From assembly GCA_050250895.1 (NCBI GenBank), contig JBFWNU010000008.1:64001-128000 (forward strand): DNA of 64,000 nt. Direction: 5' to 3'. The notes beneath the pieces were generated by a model. It did not search any database. It saw only the letters and a list, made by a program, of their open reading frames with translations, and was not told the origin of the DNA. Within the stretch, counting starts at the first letter, position 1. Every line of letters begins with the position of its first letter. This DNA comes from Vulcanimicrobiota bacterium (lineage in GTDB: Bacteria; Vulcanimicrobiota; Xenobia; Xenobiales; JADMJV01). The position numbers and the translations under genes are program-made. Positions 53,263 through 62,873 of the stretch are shown one piece after another.

Positions 53263-55386
53263 CTATTCTCCTGGCAAGCCTAAGACGACTTCGGAAAGAA
53301 TCGCATAGACCGCGGTGGTGCCGAAGGCGAGACTGGGCGCTTGGAAGCCGATGGCTGCGTTGCCAAGGTCGTCCATCGCGATGCATGGAAATTCGGCGTT
53401 GGGAATGGGAGTGGAAATCGTGGACACGGCACCATCGAAGGTTCCGTCGGCCAGCAGGCGCTGCAGGCGGATGCCGGCCCCGTTGGCGTCATAAACGACG
53501 GCGAAGTTGCCATCGGCATCCATGGCTACATCGGGTTCGACTCCGGTGGCAATGGTGAGGGGCCCACCCACCGGAATCGCACCACCGATCGCGCTCGGAT
53601 TGGTATTAAACCGCCTCACTTCGACGTTGGTGTCGTTGACGAAGGCGACGGCAAAGCGAGTGCCGTCGGCGCTCATCGCTACTTCCGGGTCGCTGTTGGC
53701 TCCGTCCAATCCGCCGATAACGAAGTTACCGGCACCGCCGAATGACGCTCCGGTGGTGGCGTTGAGCACCACGCCACCGTAGCTAAAGGCGTCAAGCTTA
53801 TAGACGACCACCACCACGTTGCGCAGCCGCGAACTGGCCAGGGCCGGAGCCGCCATGGTAAAGAGGTTAGGACGGGTGGCTCCGACCATTGACAGTTCCG
53901 TCTCCCAGATGGCGTTGAGACCGCTATCGAACTGCTTGACCTTGATGGTCTCGAAGGTGGTGAGGTCGGTTACGTTGCGCGCCACCGTGGGAAAGGTCGC
54001 TGTGGGGACTCCGACCGGCATGACCACACGGGCTTGAGTGGCATCATCCGGGTTGCCCGGAGCCAGGTCGGTTGCGCCGGTCGTAAAGGTTCCGGCTTGA
54101 TCGATGCCTCGACCGAACACCGTGGAAACCGTGGTGGCAAAAGCCTCCCAGGTGACCAGACTCAGACTGCCGTTGGAATTGATGCCCGCGTCTGTTCGCG
54201 AGCCGTCCAGAGGACTAACCTGAAGACCATTGGTGATGGGGGTCGGGACCTGATCCCAGGTTCCCGGCGAGGCCGTTTGAAACTGACGTGCTCCGGCCAA
54301 CTGGCCATCGGTGAGGATGGTGTAGCTGAAGGTCATAAAGTCATTGGAGGCCGCATCCACTCTCGGGTCCGTGAACTGAGCAAGGTTGCTCTCTTGCACC
54401 ACGAACAAGTTGCTGAAACTGCCGGTCGTACCGCCACTGGTCCCGCCGCCGCTGCTACCGGAAGTGCCACCCGAGGTGCCCCCGGAAGTGCCGCCCGAGG
54501 TGCCCCCGGAAGTGCCGCCCGAGGTGCCCCCGGAAGTGCCGCCCGAGGTGCCCCCGGACGTGCCGCCCGAGGTGCCCCCGGAAGTGCCGCCCGACGTGCC
54601 CCCGGAAGTACCGCCCGAGGTGCCCCCGGAAGTGCCGCCGGAAGTGCCGCCCGAGGTGCCCCCGGAAGTGCCGCCCGAGGTGCCCCCGGAAGTGCCGCCC
54701 GAGGTGCCCCCGGACGTGCCGCCGGAGGTGCCCCCGGACGTGCCGCCGGAGATTCCCCCGGAAGTGCCGCCGGAGGTTCCCCCGGAAGTGCCGCCCGAGG
54801 TTCCCCCGGAAGTGCCGCCGGAAGTGCCGCCCGAGGTGCCTGTGGAAGTGCCCCCCGCCGTGCCTGTGGTTCCGCCGCCGGTGGTTCCCTCGGGCACCTC
54901 GCCCAGGGTCAGCCTCACGGTGGTGATGGCGTTGGCTCCGACGGCGATGTTGAGGGTCTCGCTGATGGCCACCAGACGGCCACCTGAATAGCCTTCGGCC
55001 CGGATGTCATAGAGGCCGGCGATGACCGGGAAGAGATTGAGGGTGACCAGCGTCGCTCCGGGGGGCACGGTGGCCAGGCCCCTAGATCCCACTTCGATAT
55101 TGGTCCCCGGAGCGGTCAGGATCACCGCGACCTGATCGATGGAAAGGCTTTGCGCCAGAACTTCGCGAGGCTGCGGGGGGAGCTCGATGGTCAGCCGCAG
55201 GTTGTTGGCGCCACCCGCCCCCGGGCCGGCCGAGGCCTCGCCTCCTTCGGTGGAGGAGCCGCCGCTCCCGCCGCATCCCCACATCGCCAGGGCGAACAAC
55301 GAGAACGAAAGCAGTGCTTTCGCTGCGAATTCTCTCAGCCACCGTACACGCATCGGAATAGCATGCATTTGCTCCGATCCGGTCAA
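53263..55386 (-). CDS. Surface lipoprotein with long (GGTS)n linker and beta-rich C-terminal domain
   Basis: Lipobox MWGC; Ig-like N-terminal domain; C-terminal PDVAMDADGNFAVV-type repeats; start uncertain. Confidence 0.8.
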   Translation of the reverse strand: MTGSEQMHAIPMRVRWLREFAAKALLSFSLFALAMWGCGGSGGSSTEGGEASAGPGAGGANNLRLTIELPPQPREVLAQSLSIDQVAVILTAPGTNIEVGSRGLATVPPGATLVTLNLFPVIAGLYDIRAEGYSGGRLVAISETLNIAVGANAITTVRLTLGEVPEGTTGGGTTGTAGGTSTGTSGGTSGGTSGGTSGGTSGGTSGGTSGGISGGTSGGTSGGTSGGTSGGTSGGTSGGTSGGTSGGTSGGTSGGTSGGTSGGTSGGTSGGTSGGTSGGTSGGTSGGTSGGTSGGTSGGTSGGTSGGTSGSSGGGTSGGTTGSFSNLFVVQESNLAQFTDPRVDAASNDFMTFSYTILTDGQLAGARQFQTASPGTWDQVPTPITNGLQVSPLDGSRTDAGINSNGSLSLVTWEAFATTVSTVFGRGIDQAGTFTTGATDLAPGNPDDATQARVVMPVGVPTATFPTVARNVTDLTTFETIKVKQFDSGLNAIWETELSMVGATRPNLFTMAAPALASSRLRNVVVVVYKLDAFSYGGVVLNATTGASFGGAGNFVIGGLDGANSDPEVAMSADGTRFAVAFVNDTNVEVRRFNTNPSAIGGAIPVGGPLTIATGVEPDVAMDADGNFAVVYDANGAGIRLQRLLADGTFDGAVSTISTPIPNAEFPCIAMDDLGNAAIGFQAPSLAFGTTAVYAILSEVVLGLPGE
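54461..54841. repeat. 12-bp coding tandem repeat (about 30 units, 24-bp higher-order period)
   Basis: Alternating gccgcccgaggt / gcccccggaagt units encoding Thr-Ser-Gly-Gly on the minus strand. Confidence 0.95.
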
Positions 55387-55419
55387 GACCTCCTCGAATC
55401 CCTCTACCTTTAGTAGGAA

Positions 55420-56304
55420 TTATCCGTCGACCAGCTCGATGGAGCGCAGCAGGCGCTGGAAAGCGTCGAGTTGTTGGGTGGATTTGAGCGTGACCAACAG
55501 GGCCCGACCCTTGAGGGGGACGATGGCGGTCAGATCGGTCAGACCAGAACCAACTTCCCAGATGGCCAGATAGGCGGTGCGCCCACCTGGCAGGTCGAAA
55601 GGCTCGAATCTGCGCAAGGTCTTGGCCCCGCTATCGACGAGAGGGCCGGCCGAGCGGGCAAAGCCGCGAAACGAGCGGCCTTCCTCCGGGCCGCTCAACG
55701 ACCGCAGGGTCACCAGTTCGGTGCCCGCCTGGGACAGGGCCGTGCGCCCGTCCTTTTCCTCGGGCTTCCACTGGGGCGGATAGTTCAGCTTGAAACCGTC
55801 ACCTGCGAGCGACCGCCACGACTCCGAATCGTTGGCCGATAGAAAGAGAAAACTGGTCTGAATCTTGTCGAGCTGGGCCACATACTGGTTCTGGCGCGCC
55901 CCCAACACCAACCGGCAACGGCCCAACGCCGACGAAAGGTAGAGCACGCGGTCGGTGCCACCGCCCTGGCGGGGGCGCACGAACATGTCGGCGTCATGGC
56001 CGGCGACCCGAGTCTTGGATTGACTGAACCCCTGGTCGAGCAGGGTGGGATACTCCTGGTTGGCCGGGCCGTTGAGCCAGGTCACCACCGCCCACGCGTC
56101 GCCGTCGCCCCGACGATACCCCTCGACCATGGGAGGGCCCGGCTTGAGTCCCACCGCCGGAAGCCAGTCGGCGGGAGTCTCGAGGCTCCAACCTGCTTTC
56201 TTTTCGGGAGTGAGTTCGCGGTTCTCGTGCACCGCCCACTCTTGACTCCAGGCCGAGTTGGCCAGCAGTAGCGTCAGCAACAGTAAGGATAGCCTCGTTT
56301 TCAT
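55420..56304 (-). CDS. Hypothetical secreted two-domain protein (PsbP-like folds possible)
   Basis: Signal peptide; two related WSLETPADW / FKLNYPPQW motifs. Confidence 0.65.
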   Translation of the reverse strand: MKTRLSLLLLTLLLANSAWSQEWAVHENRELTPEKKAGWSLETPADWLPAVGLKPGPPMVEGYRRGDGDAWAVVTWLNGPANQEYPTLLDQGFSQSKTRVAGHDADMFVRPRQGGGTDRVLYLSSALGRCRLVLGARQNQYVAQLDKIQTSFLFLSANDSESWRSLAGDGFKLNYPPQWKPEEKDGRTALSQAGTELVTLRSLSGPEEGRSFRGFARSAGPLVDSGAKTLRRFEPFDLPGGRTAYLAIWEVGSGLTDLTAIVPLKGRALLVTLKSTQQLDAFQRLLRSIELVDG

Positions 56305-56380
56305 GCTGCAAGGTTGTCTGGGAATAGAGCCGATTCCTTCGCGTCAGGAGCCAGTAGATCAAAATCGGAGGTCATCAAAG

Positions 56381-57613
56381 ATGAATAAAATGCGTTGGAT
56401 CGCCGCCAGCCTGGTGGTGGCGGCCGGATTGACGCTCGTGTTCCCGGCCAGCCCGAGCCTGGCCCGACAAAAGGGCGAACCCCGTTGGGCCACGGCCGCG
56501 GTCGCCCCCAAGCCTTTGCCGAATTCGGCCCTCAAAGGACTCGACTGGCTGGCCGAGCATCAGCTCGACAGCGGCGGCTGGGGCCAGGGCGAAGAATCCT
56601 CTCAGATGGGTGGCGGCGATCAGATGGCGGCCACCGCCAACGTGGCCGATACATGTATCGCCAGCCTGGCGATGCTGCGTTCGGGCAGCACTCCCCACTC
56701 GGGCACCTACGCCAAGAATCTGGCGCGAGGAGTCGAGTTCGTGCTCGCCCAGGTCGAGAAGGCCGACGAAGAATCGCTGTATGTGACCGACGTGCGCGGC
56801 ACGCGAGTGCAGTCGAAGATCGGCACCTACGTCGACACCTTTCTAGCCAGCATGCTGCTCTCGGAGGTGAAGGGTCAGATGGATTCCAAGAGTGCCAACG
56901 AGCGGGTCGAGCGGGCCCTCAACAAGGTGATCGCTAAAATCGAGAACCACCAGAGCGAGTCTGGTGGTTTCGACAATCAGGGCTGGGCGCCCGTGCTGAG
57001 CCAGTCGATCGCCGCCAAAGGCCTCAATCGCGCGCGTCAGGCCGGAGCCGACGTCTCGGACAAAGCCCTGGACCGAGCTCAAGGCTATGCCGAGGGGCAG
57101 ATCGATGAGGGCGGCAAGGTGCGAACCGAGGGGGCGGCCGGAGTCGATCTTTACGCCACCAGCTCGAATGTGGCCACCATGCAAGAAACCGCCAACACCT
57201 ACGCCGCCGAGAAGGTGGCCTACGAGCAGAAGCTCAAGGCTGCCAAGAACGAGGATGAGCGACGGGTGCTGCGTGACAAGTTGGGCCGCATCCAGGCTCA
57301 AGAGCAGGCCAACAAAGACTCCAAGAAGCGGTTGATCGACCGGATCTCCGACCCCGGTTTCGTCGAAGGTTTCGGCTCCAATGGAGGGGAAGAGTTTCTC
57401 TCCTACATGAACATCAGCGAAGCCCTGGTGGTCGAAGGCGGCCAACAGTGGATAGATTGGGACAAAGCCATGATGGCCAATCTCTCGAGAATTCAGAACG
57501 ACGACGGCAGCTGGTCTGGTCATCACTGCATCACCGGCAAGACCTTCTGCACCTCGGCTGCCATTTTGGTGTTGACCGCCGATCGGGCTCCAGTGCCGGC
57601 CTCGAAGAGTTGA
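56381..57613 (+). CDS. Exported prenyltransferase/squalene-cyclase-repeat (QW) protein
   Basis: Signal peptide; GLDWLAEHQLDSGGW, QSESGGF, QNDDGSW. Confidence 0.75.
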   Translation: MNKMRWIAASLVVAAGLTLVFPASPSLARQKGEPRWATAAVAPKPLPNSALKGLDWLAEHQLDSGGWGQGEESSQMGGGDQMAATANVADTCIASLAMLRSGSTPHSGTYAKNLARGVEFVLAQVEKADEESLYVTDVRGTRVQSKIGTYVDTFLASMLLSEVKGQMDSKSANERVERALNKVIAKIENHQSESGGFDNQGWAPVLSQSIAAKGLNRARQAGADVSDKALDRAQGYAEGQIDEGGKVRTEGAAGVDLYATSSNVATMQETANTYAAEKVAYEQKLKAAKNEDERRVLRDKLGRIQAQEQANKDSKKRLIDRISDPGFVEGFGSNGGEEFLSYMNISEALVVEGGQQWIDWDKAMMANLSRIQNDDGSWSGHHCITGKTFCTSAAILVLTADRAPVPASKS

Positions 57614-58647
57614 GATTCTGGCACGTTCTGTGGCTGAGCCTGCTCGTTGGCTGCAGCCGAACGCCGGCCCCGCCTCGCGACGCCGTCGAGGCGGGGTTGG
57701 CCTACCTCCGGGGTGCCCAGGCCTCGGACGGCGGCTGGCACTCCAGCCAATACAAGGATATGGGGCAGGGTCCCGAGCTCACCCCGTTCGTCTTCAAAGC
57801 CTTGAGCTTCGGCGGCGCCCCCAAGTCCCAGTCAGGCCTCGCCTACCTCAAGGCCCAGAGCCCCGTCTCGGGACTGATCTATCCGGTTTATACCTCGTCC
57901 GGATTTCTTCTCAACGGCCTGGATGAAGGCGGCCGTTGGAGCCGGCACCTGTCGTCGTTTCAAGCCACCGAGGCTCTGGGGTATACGCCGGCAGACCCTC
58001 AATACGGTGGTTGGAGCTATGCTCTCAAGCCGCCGGTCAAGCCCGATCACGGCGAACTACCGACGCTGTCACATTCGAACCTGCCCAGCACTTTGTTCGC
58101 GCTGGGGGGGCTGTCGGTGGCCAAGAAGCTCGACCCCGAGACGGCGGCTCGAGCCCTCAAGTTCGTCGAGCGTTGCCAGAACTTTCCTGAGGGTGACGGC
58201 GGCTTCTGCGCCAGTGCTAGCGACGAGTCCATGAACAAGGCCGGCGGGTTCAAGTCTTATGGCAGCGCCACCTCAGACGGATTGCGGGCTTTGTTGCGCT
58301 GCGGGTTAAGGCTGGATGACTCGCGGGTGGCGGCGGCTCGTCAATGGATCGACGACCATCTTTCGGTCGAGGTTCATCCTGGGGAGTTTCCTAACGGGCG
58401 TTATTACGACCGTGATTCACTGTATTTCTACTACTGCTGGTCGACGGCCCACGCTCTCAATGGTGTGTCTCGAGCCGGGGGCGAACTCAACGAGGCCGAG
58501 AAGAACTGGCTCAAAGCCGTGCATCAGCGAATGGTCGAGTTGCAGAAACCTGACGGTAGCTGGTCGAATCCTGCCTCGGCCACTCGCGAGGATGACCCTC
58601 TCATCGCCACGCCGATGGCCCTGGCGGTGCTGGTGCTCAGTCGCTGA
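57610..58647 (+). CDS. Lipoprotein with prenyltransferase/squalene-cyclase (QW) repeats
   Basis: TTG overlapping the upstream TGA; LLVGC lipobox; GLAYLRGAQASDGGW, GDGGF, LQKPDGSW. Confidence 0.75.
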   Translation: MRFWHVLWLSLLVGCSRTPAPPRDAVEAGLAYLRGAQASDGGWHSSQYKDMGQGPELTPFVFKALSFGGAPKSQSGLAYLKAQSPVSGLIYPVYTSSGFLLNGLDEGGRWSRHLSSFQATEALGYTPADPQYGGWSYALKPPVKPDHGELPTLSHSNLPSTLFALGGLSVAKKLDPETAARALKFVERCQNFPEGDGGFCASASDESMNKAGGFKSYGSATSDGLRALLRCGLRLDDSRVAAARQWIDDHLSVEVHPGEFPNGRYYDRDSLYFYYCWSTAHALNGVSRAGGELNEAEKNWLKAVHQRMVELQKPDGSWSNPASATREDDPLIATPMALAVLVLSR

Positions 58648-59827
58648 CCGGTTTCCAGCCAAAGAAGTCGACAGCGTGCTGGAAGACTTCGGGATTGGTC
58701 AGCAGGTAAGAGTGATTGCTCAGGTCGGGTGAGGCCACCAACTTCACCTCGACCCCCTCGAGATGAAGGCTTGACTCTTCCACCAGACCGTCTCCCGAGG
58801 TGGGGTATAGCAATTCGGTCAAGCCGCGGCCATGGGCCGCGCCCACGATGGCGAAATCCTCGACTGCTGCTTTCTGTTGCGGCCAGCGCGAGTTAAGATC
58901 GTCGAGTCGGGGGTTTTCGCCGGCGGCGTCTGGCATCAGCCAGTCGAGGGCGGGCGCGTCGCTGGAGTGAAGGGCTTTGAGGTTCAGCAGGAAGTTGACG
59001 CTGCGGCCCTCGTCGTGGAGGGCCACGGCGGTCCGGGCCACCCGGGCGATGCCAGCGCCGTGGTTGGGAGTGCCGACCTGAAGGAGTTTGCCGATACGCT
59101 TGCCGCCCTGGTCCAGATAGGCGCGGCTGGCCAGTCCACCCATGCTGTAGCCCATGACGTCGACCTTGTCGGTGTCGAGGGCGTCAGAGATCTGGTTCAG
59201 GTGCCGGTCTACCTGGGGGTGGGATTGGTCGGGCGGCGAGTTCCACTGATCGAAAAAGGTGACAAACACTTTCGCGTCTTCAGGGATGGCTTCCAGCTTC
59301 TGGGTGCACTCGGGGTCGAGATAGCAGCCGCCCTCGAAAAGGTAGTAAGGTCGGCCACCATTTTGGCCATCGGCGGTCAGGTGCTCGACCAAATTCTCGC
59401 AGCGGTCGCGGGCGGTCTTGAACCCGGGCACCAGCATGAACGGCCGTTCGAGGCGCACCGCCGGACCTTCCAGGCGCTCAGGCATCGGCTTGGTGCCATG
59501 ATGGATGTCCCTGACGACTTCAATGGGTGATTTTGAGCGAGCCTGGCTCAAACGTTCGCCCAGGCCGCCCTGACCGTGGATCAGTTCTTGATTGTAGACC
59601 TTGAGCACGTGCACGGCCGTGCCGACATGGTTGAGGGCCAGCAGTCCCACTCGCAGTCCGGTCTTGACGGCGGCTAACCGCCAGCTCGAGGAGAGTGTGG
59701 GGGGAGTGAGGTTGGCGGTTACCTGGACGCTGTCTCGAATGTCGGCCGAGGACTGCCGTGCGGATGGGGCGGCCGTCCGGTGGAGACGATTCAGAGAGAG
59801 TGCATGCTGGGGAAAACCAACCTTCAT
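58637..59827 (-). CDS. Alpha/beta hydrolase (lipase/PGAP1-like)
   Basis: LVPGF, GYSMGG nucleophile elbow, GTPNHG, GDGLV, terminal His. Confidence 0.85.
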   Translation of the reverse strand: MKVGFPQHALSLNRLHRTAAPSARQSSADIRDSVQVTANLTPPTLSSSWRLAAVKTGLRVGLLALNHVGTAVHVLKVYNQELIHGQGGLGERLSQARSKSPIEVVRDIHHGTKPMPERLEGPAVRLERPFMLVPGFKTARDRCENLVEHLTADGQNGGRPYYLFEGGCYLDPECTQKLEAIPEDAKVFVTFFDQWNSPPDQSHPQVDRHLNQISDALDTDKVDVMGYSMGGLASRAYLDQGGKRIGKLLQVGTPNHGAGIARVARTAVALHDEGRSVNFLLNLKALHSSDAPALDWLMPDAAGENPRLDDLNSRWPQQKAAVEDFAIVGAAHGRGLTELLYPTSGDGLVEESSLHLEGVEVKLVASPDLSNHSYLLTNPEVFQHAVDFFGWKPVSD

Positions 59828-59860
59828 GGACCTTATCTTAGGTGAATCGGCTGAAAAAGA

Positions 59861-60874
59861 TTAGAAAGAGTTCCAGACCTGAACCTGATTGCGGCCGGCT
59901 TCTTTGGCCCGGTAGAGCGCTTTGTCAGCCGAGGCCAGCAGGCTCTCGGGCGAATCACCGTCTTCGGGAAAACTGGCCACTCCGACGCTGATGGTGACGG
60001 GGATAGAGCGGTCTCGATGCTTGAAGTCGGTCTGGGCCACCGAACTGCGCAGGCGCTCGGCGATGGTGGCGCCTTTGGCCTTGCCGGTGGTGGGCAAGAT
60101 GACCGAGAACTCTTCGCCCCCATAGCGGGCCACCACGTCGTATTCGCGCAGGGCGTCCGACAACGTACCCGAGACCTTGCGCAGCACGAGGTCACCGGCC
60201 TGGTGGCCGTAACTGTCGTTGAGCTGCTTGAAAAAGTCGATGTCGACCATGAAGATGGTCAGGGGTTTGCGATAGCGCTTGGAATAAGAGACTTCCTTGG
60301 TGAGCCGTTGCTCGAGGTAGCGTCGATTGTAAAGGCTGGTCAGGCCGTCGAGGACCGAAATCTCGTAGAGACGATTGTTCTCGAGGGCCAGCGAGATGTG
60401 GGCCGACATCAAGACGGTCAACTCGAGTTCATCGTGGCTGAAGAAATGGTCCTGGCGGCGGGTCGTGAGGGAGACCACCCCGATAACCCGGCGCTTGATC
60501 ATCAAGGGCACGCAAATCATGCTGACCATGCGGCGGCGTTGTTTTTCGACGTTCTTGAAGCGCGGATCCTTGCGAACGTCTTCGATGAGCACCGGCTTGC
60601 GATTCTTGGCCACCCAGCCGGCCACCCCTTCGCCCAGCTTAAAACGGATGTTTTCAAGTTCCCAGCGGGTCAATCCCGACGACTCGCAAAAGGCCAGTTC
60701 GCGACTCTTCTCGTCGAGGATCATGATCGAGCAGTCGTCGGTCTCGAGCAACTTTCTCAGCTGAGAGCTGATGCGTTTGACCACTTTCTGCATCGGGAAG
60801 TTGGAGCTGATCAGCTTGCTAACTTCGAGCAGGACCTTTAGCACATCGGCCTCGCGAGACATCGCCTTGAACAT
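59861..60874 (-). CDS. GAF-GGDEF diguanylate cyclase
   Basis: GEGVAGWVA GAF; DGLTSLYNRR, DIDFFK.LND.YGH, REYD I-site, RYGGEEF. Confidence 0.95.
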   Translation of the reverse strand: MFKAMSREADVLKVLLEVSKLISSNFPMQKVVKRISSQLRKLLETDDCSIMILDEKSRELAFCESSGLTRWELENIRFKLGEGVAGWVAKNRKPVLIEDVRKDPRFKNVEKQRRRMVSMICVPLMIKRRVIGVVSLTTRRQDHFFSHDELELTVLMSAHISLALENNRLYEISVLDGLTSLYNRRYLEQRLTKEVSYSKRYRKPLTIFMVDIDFFKQLNDSYGHQAGDLVLRKVSGTLSDALREYDVVARYGGEEFSVILPTTGKAKGATIAERLRSSVAQTDFKHRDRSIPVTISVGVASFPEDGDSPESLLASADKALYRAKEAGRNQVQVWNSF

Positions 60875-61014
60875 TCTTGGGACAGGTCATGCGGTCCTGG
60901 CGGATTTTTTTCATCTCGCAAAGGAGTCAAGAGGTTGATTTGTCGAACAAGCCGGCTGACATTTTAGAGAGCCCAGGACCGAGCTGGAATTTCTGGGTTG
61001 ACAGGGAGGTAAGG

Positions 61015-61464
61015 ATGAAGATTTTGAGTGGATTCCGACTTCGGTCTTTGGTTGGCTTGGTCATGAGTATGGCCTTCATCGCCCTTGTGGCGGGCAACGC
61101 CTCGGCCGGAATGGTCCGCAACGTGACCGTGAGTGAAGGTCCCGGCTGGGTGAAAGTCAACGTGCACGGGGCTTTCAACTACCAGGTCAAACACCTTCCC
61201 CCCGGCAACGACGACTACCGCAGCATCGTGATCGACTGCTATCCTGCTTACATCAACCCCGGGCTCGAGCCCAAGGTAAATCTGGCCGTCGACGAGGGCC
61301 TGGTGGGTCAGGTGCGTGTTCGTCAGTATGACGGCAACACCGTGCGCGTCTACATCGACGTGATTGCCTGGCCCAAATACAAGGTCATGCAGGTTCCCGG
61401 CGGGGTCCAGATTGGCATCGACTCGTACCACATGCGTTCCAGCGACCCGAGCGCCAACCGCTAA
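61015..61464 (+). CDS. AMIN-domain-like exported protein
   Basis: GGGAGG RBS; signal peptide; IVID...LVGQVRVRQYDGNTVRVYID. Confidence 0.7.
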   Translation: MKILSGFRLRSLVGLVMSMAFIALVAGNASAGMVRNVTVSEGPGWVKVNVHGAFNYQVKHLPPGNDDYRSIVIDCYPAYINPGLEPKVNLAVDEGLVGQVRVRQYDGNTVRVYIDVIAWPKYKVMQVPGGVQIGIDSYHMRSSDPSANR

Positions 61465-61485
61465 AAAGGCAAGCTCGAACCGAAG

Positions 61486-61513
61486 AAAGACCCGCCGCCA
61501 CGGCGGGTTTTTT
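61486..61513 (+). terminator. Intrinsic terminator
   Basis: ACCCGCCG-cca-CGGCGGGT-TTTTT. Confidence 0.85.
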
Positions 61514-61566
61514 GTATCCCGGGCTAGCCGGGAGAAACTCGTGTCCGATTCGAACCTCTGCGTCCT

Positions 61567-61908
61567 ATGGCAGTATTATCGACCGTCGGTCTTTTGATCT
61601 TGTCCAACACTTTTATGGTCTACGCTTGGTACGCTCACCTGAAGGACTTCAAGTCCCAACCGATGTGGGCCGCCATTTTCATCTCGTGGGGAATCGCTTT
61701 TTTCGAGTATTGCATTCAAGTTCCGGCCAACCGGGTCGGCAACACCGTGATGAGCCTCCCTCAGCTCAAGATTCTCCAGGAGGTCATTACTCTGGCCGTC
61801 TTTGCCGGGCTCTACGCCTTTTACTGGAAGGGCGACCTGAGTTGGAACTATCTGGCCGCCGGGGTGTGCCTTTTGTTGGCCCTGGGATTCATCTTCTGGC
61901 CCGGGTAA
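61567..61908 (+). CDS. DMT-superfamily small membrane protein (DUF486-like)
   Basis: SNTFMVYAWYAHLK, SWGIAFFEY..QVPANR, QLKILQEVITL. Confidence 0.9.
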   Translation: MAVLSTVGLLILSNTFMVYAWYAHLKDFKSQPMWAAIFISWGIAFFEYCIQVPANRVGNTVMSLPQLKILQEVITLAVFAGLYAFYWKGDLSWNYLAAGVCLLLALGFIFWPG

Positions 61909-61960
61909 ATGGTAACCTGGCGGTCAACAACGGCGCCCTCGCTGGCGCTACCCTCGGACT

Positions 61961-62569
61961 ATGCAGATACGTTCTCTAGCTCCCAGCGAGGCGGCTCGGC
62001 TGAAGGCGGCCGGAGCGCAGGTAGTGGATGTTCGCTCGGCTGACGAATTCGCCGCTGACCACTGGAACGATAGTATCAACCTGGGGACCCACGGCGACCT
62101 GACGGGCTGGGCCCAGCGTCTGCTCGAGCGGGGGCATCCCCTGGTGCTGGTGGCCGCGGCCGGGCAAGAGCAGGCCGCGGCCGGGCGGCTGTCGGGCTTT
62201 GCGGTGGCTGGCTGGGTCGAGGGTGGCGTCGAGGCTCTGCCGGCCGACCAGCGTCAGGCCAGCCATCGGATCCAGCCCCGGCAACTGGCCGAATGGCTCT
62301 CGCAGTCAGATCCCCCCACGGTGCTTGATGTGCGCTCGCGGCAGGAGTTCGCTGGCGGGCACCTGGCCGGAGCGCTCAACCTACCTCTCGACGAACTGCC
62401 GGCTCGCGTCCAGGAGCTGCCCGGCGGACCCCTGGTGATCCATTGTGCCAGTGGTTATCGTTCTTCGGCGGCGGTGAGCTGGCTGGCCAATCATCAGCTG
62501 GCCCTGGCTACTGATCTGGCGGGCGGTTTCGCCGCCTGGGCTGCGGCCGGCTTGCCCGTCGAGAAGTGA
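61961..62569 (+). CDS. Tandem rhodanese-domain protein
   Basis: VVDVRS..EF..H and LDVRS..EF..GHL.GA; HCASGYRS active loop; LAGGFAAW. Confidence 0.88.
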   Translation: MQIRSLAPSEAARLKAAGAQVVDVRSADEFAADHWNDSINLGTHGDLTGWAQRLLERGHPLVLVAAAGQEQAAAGRLSGFAVAGWVEGGVEALPADQRQASHRIQPRQLAEWLSQSDPPTVLDVRSRQEFAGGHLAGALNLPLDELPARVQELPGGPLVIHCASGYRSSAAVSWLANHQLALATDLAGGFAAWAAAGLPVEK

Positions 62570-62838
62570 TCGGCGTCGACGACCTCTTCGAAGCCAGGGG
62601 CCGCTGGTGGTGCCATCTGCTGTGCGACGACTTTTCGGCGGCGGGGTTGGAGGAGCTGCACGCCTTCGCGCGCCAGTTGGGGGCTCCGCCGCGAGCCTTT
62701 CACGACCCCCCCGGCCAGCCACGGCCCCACTATGACCTCACCCCACCCCTACGGGAAGCGGCCCTGTCGCGGGGGGCCAAACCGTTATCGCGTCGCCAGG
62801 TGGTCGAATTCCTCCAGCGAGGCCGCCGCCACCTCTAA
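62566..62838 (+). CDS. DUF4031 family protein
   Basis: WCHL..D....EELHAFARQLG...FH....PHYDLT...REAAL..GA. Confidence 0.85.
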   Translation: MIGVDDLFEARGRWWCHLLCDDFSAAGLEELHAFARQLGAPPRAFHDPPGQPRPHYDLTPPLREAALSRGAKPLSRRQVVEFLQRGRRHL

Positions 62839-62873
62839 GAGGAGATCTGGCTCGCGGGCCCAAGTGGCCGCCC

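Noticed and set aside
54386-54991. (PPEV)n protein on the plus strand
   Set aside because: Antisense reading of the (GGTS)n repeat within the lipoprotein gene
56381-58647. Split squalene-hopene cyclase pseudogene
   Set aside because: Each ORF has its own export signal, DxDD is absent, and there are no hopanoid genes nearby
59828-59880. Sigma-28 promoter before the lipase (GCCGATTC on the minus strand)
   Set aside because: Only a -10-like element; no TAAA at the right spacing and no convincing match before the other leader-bearing genes
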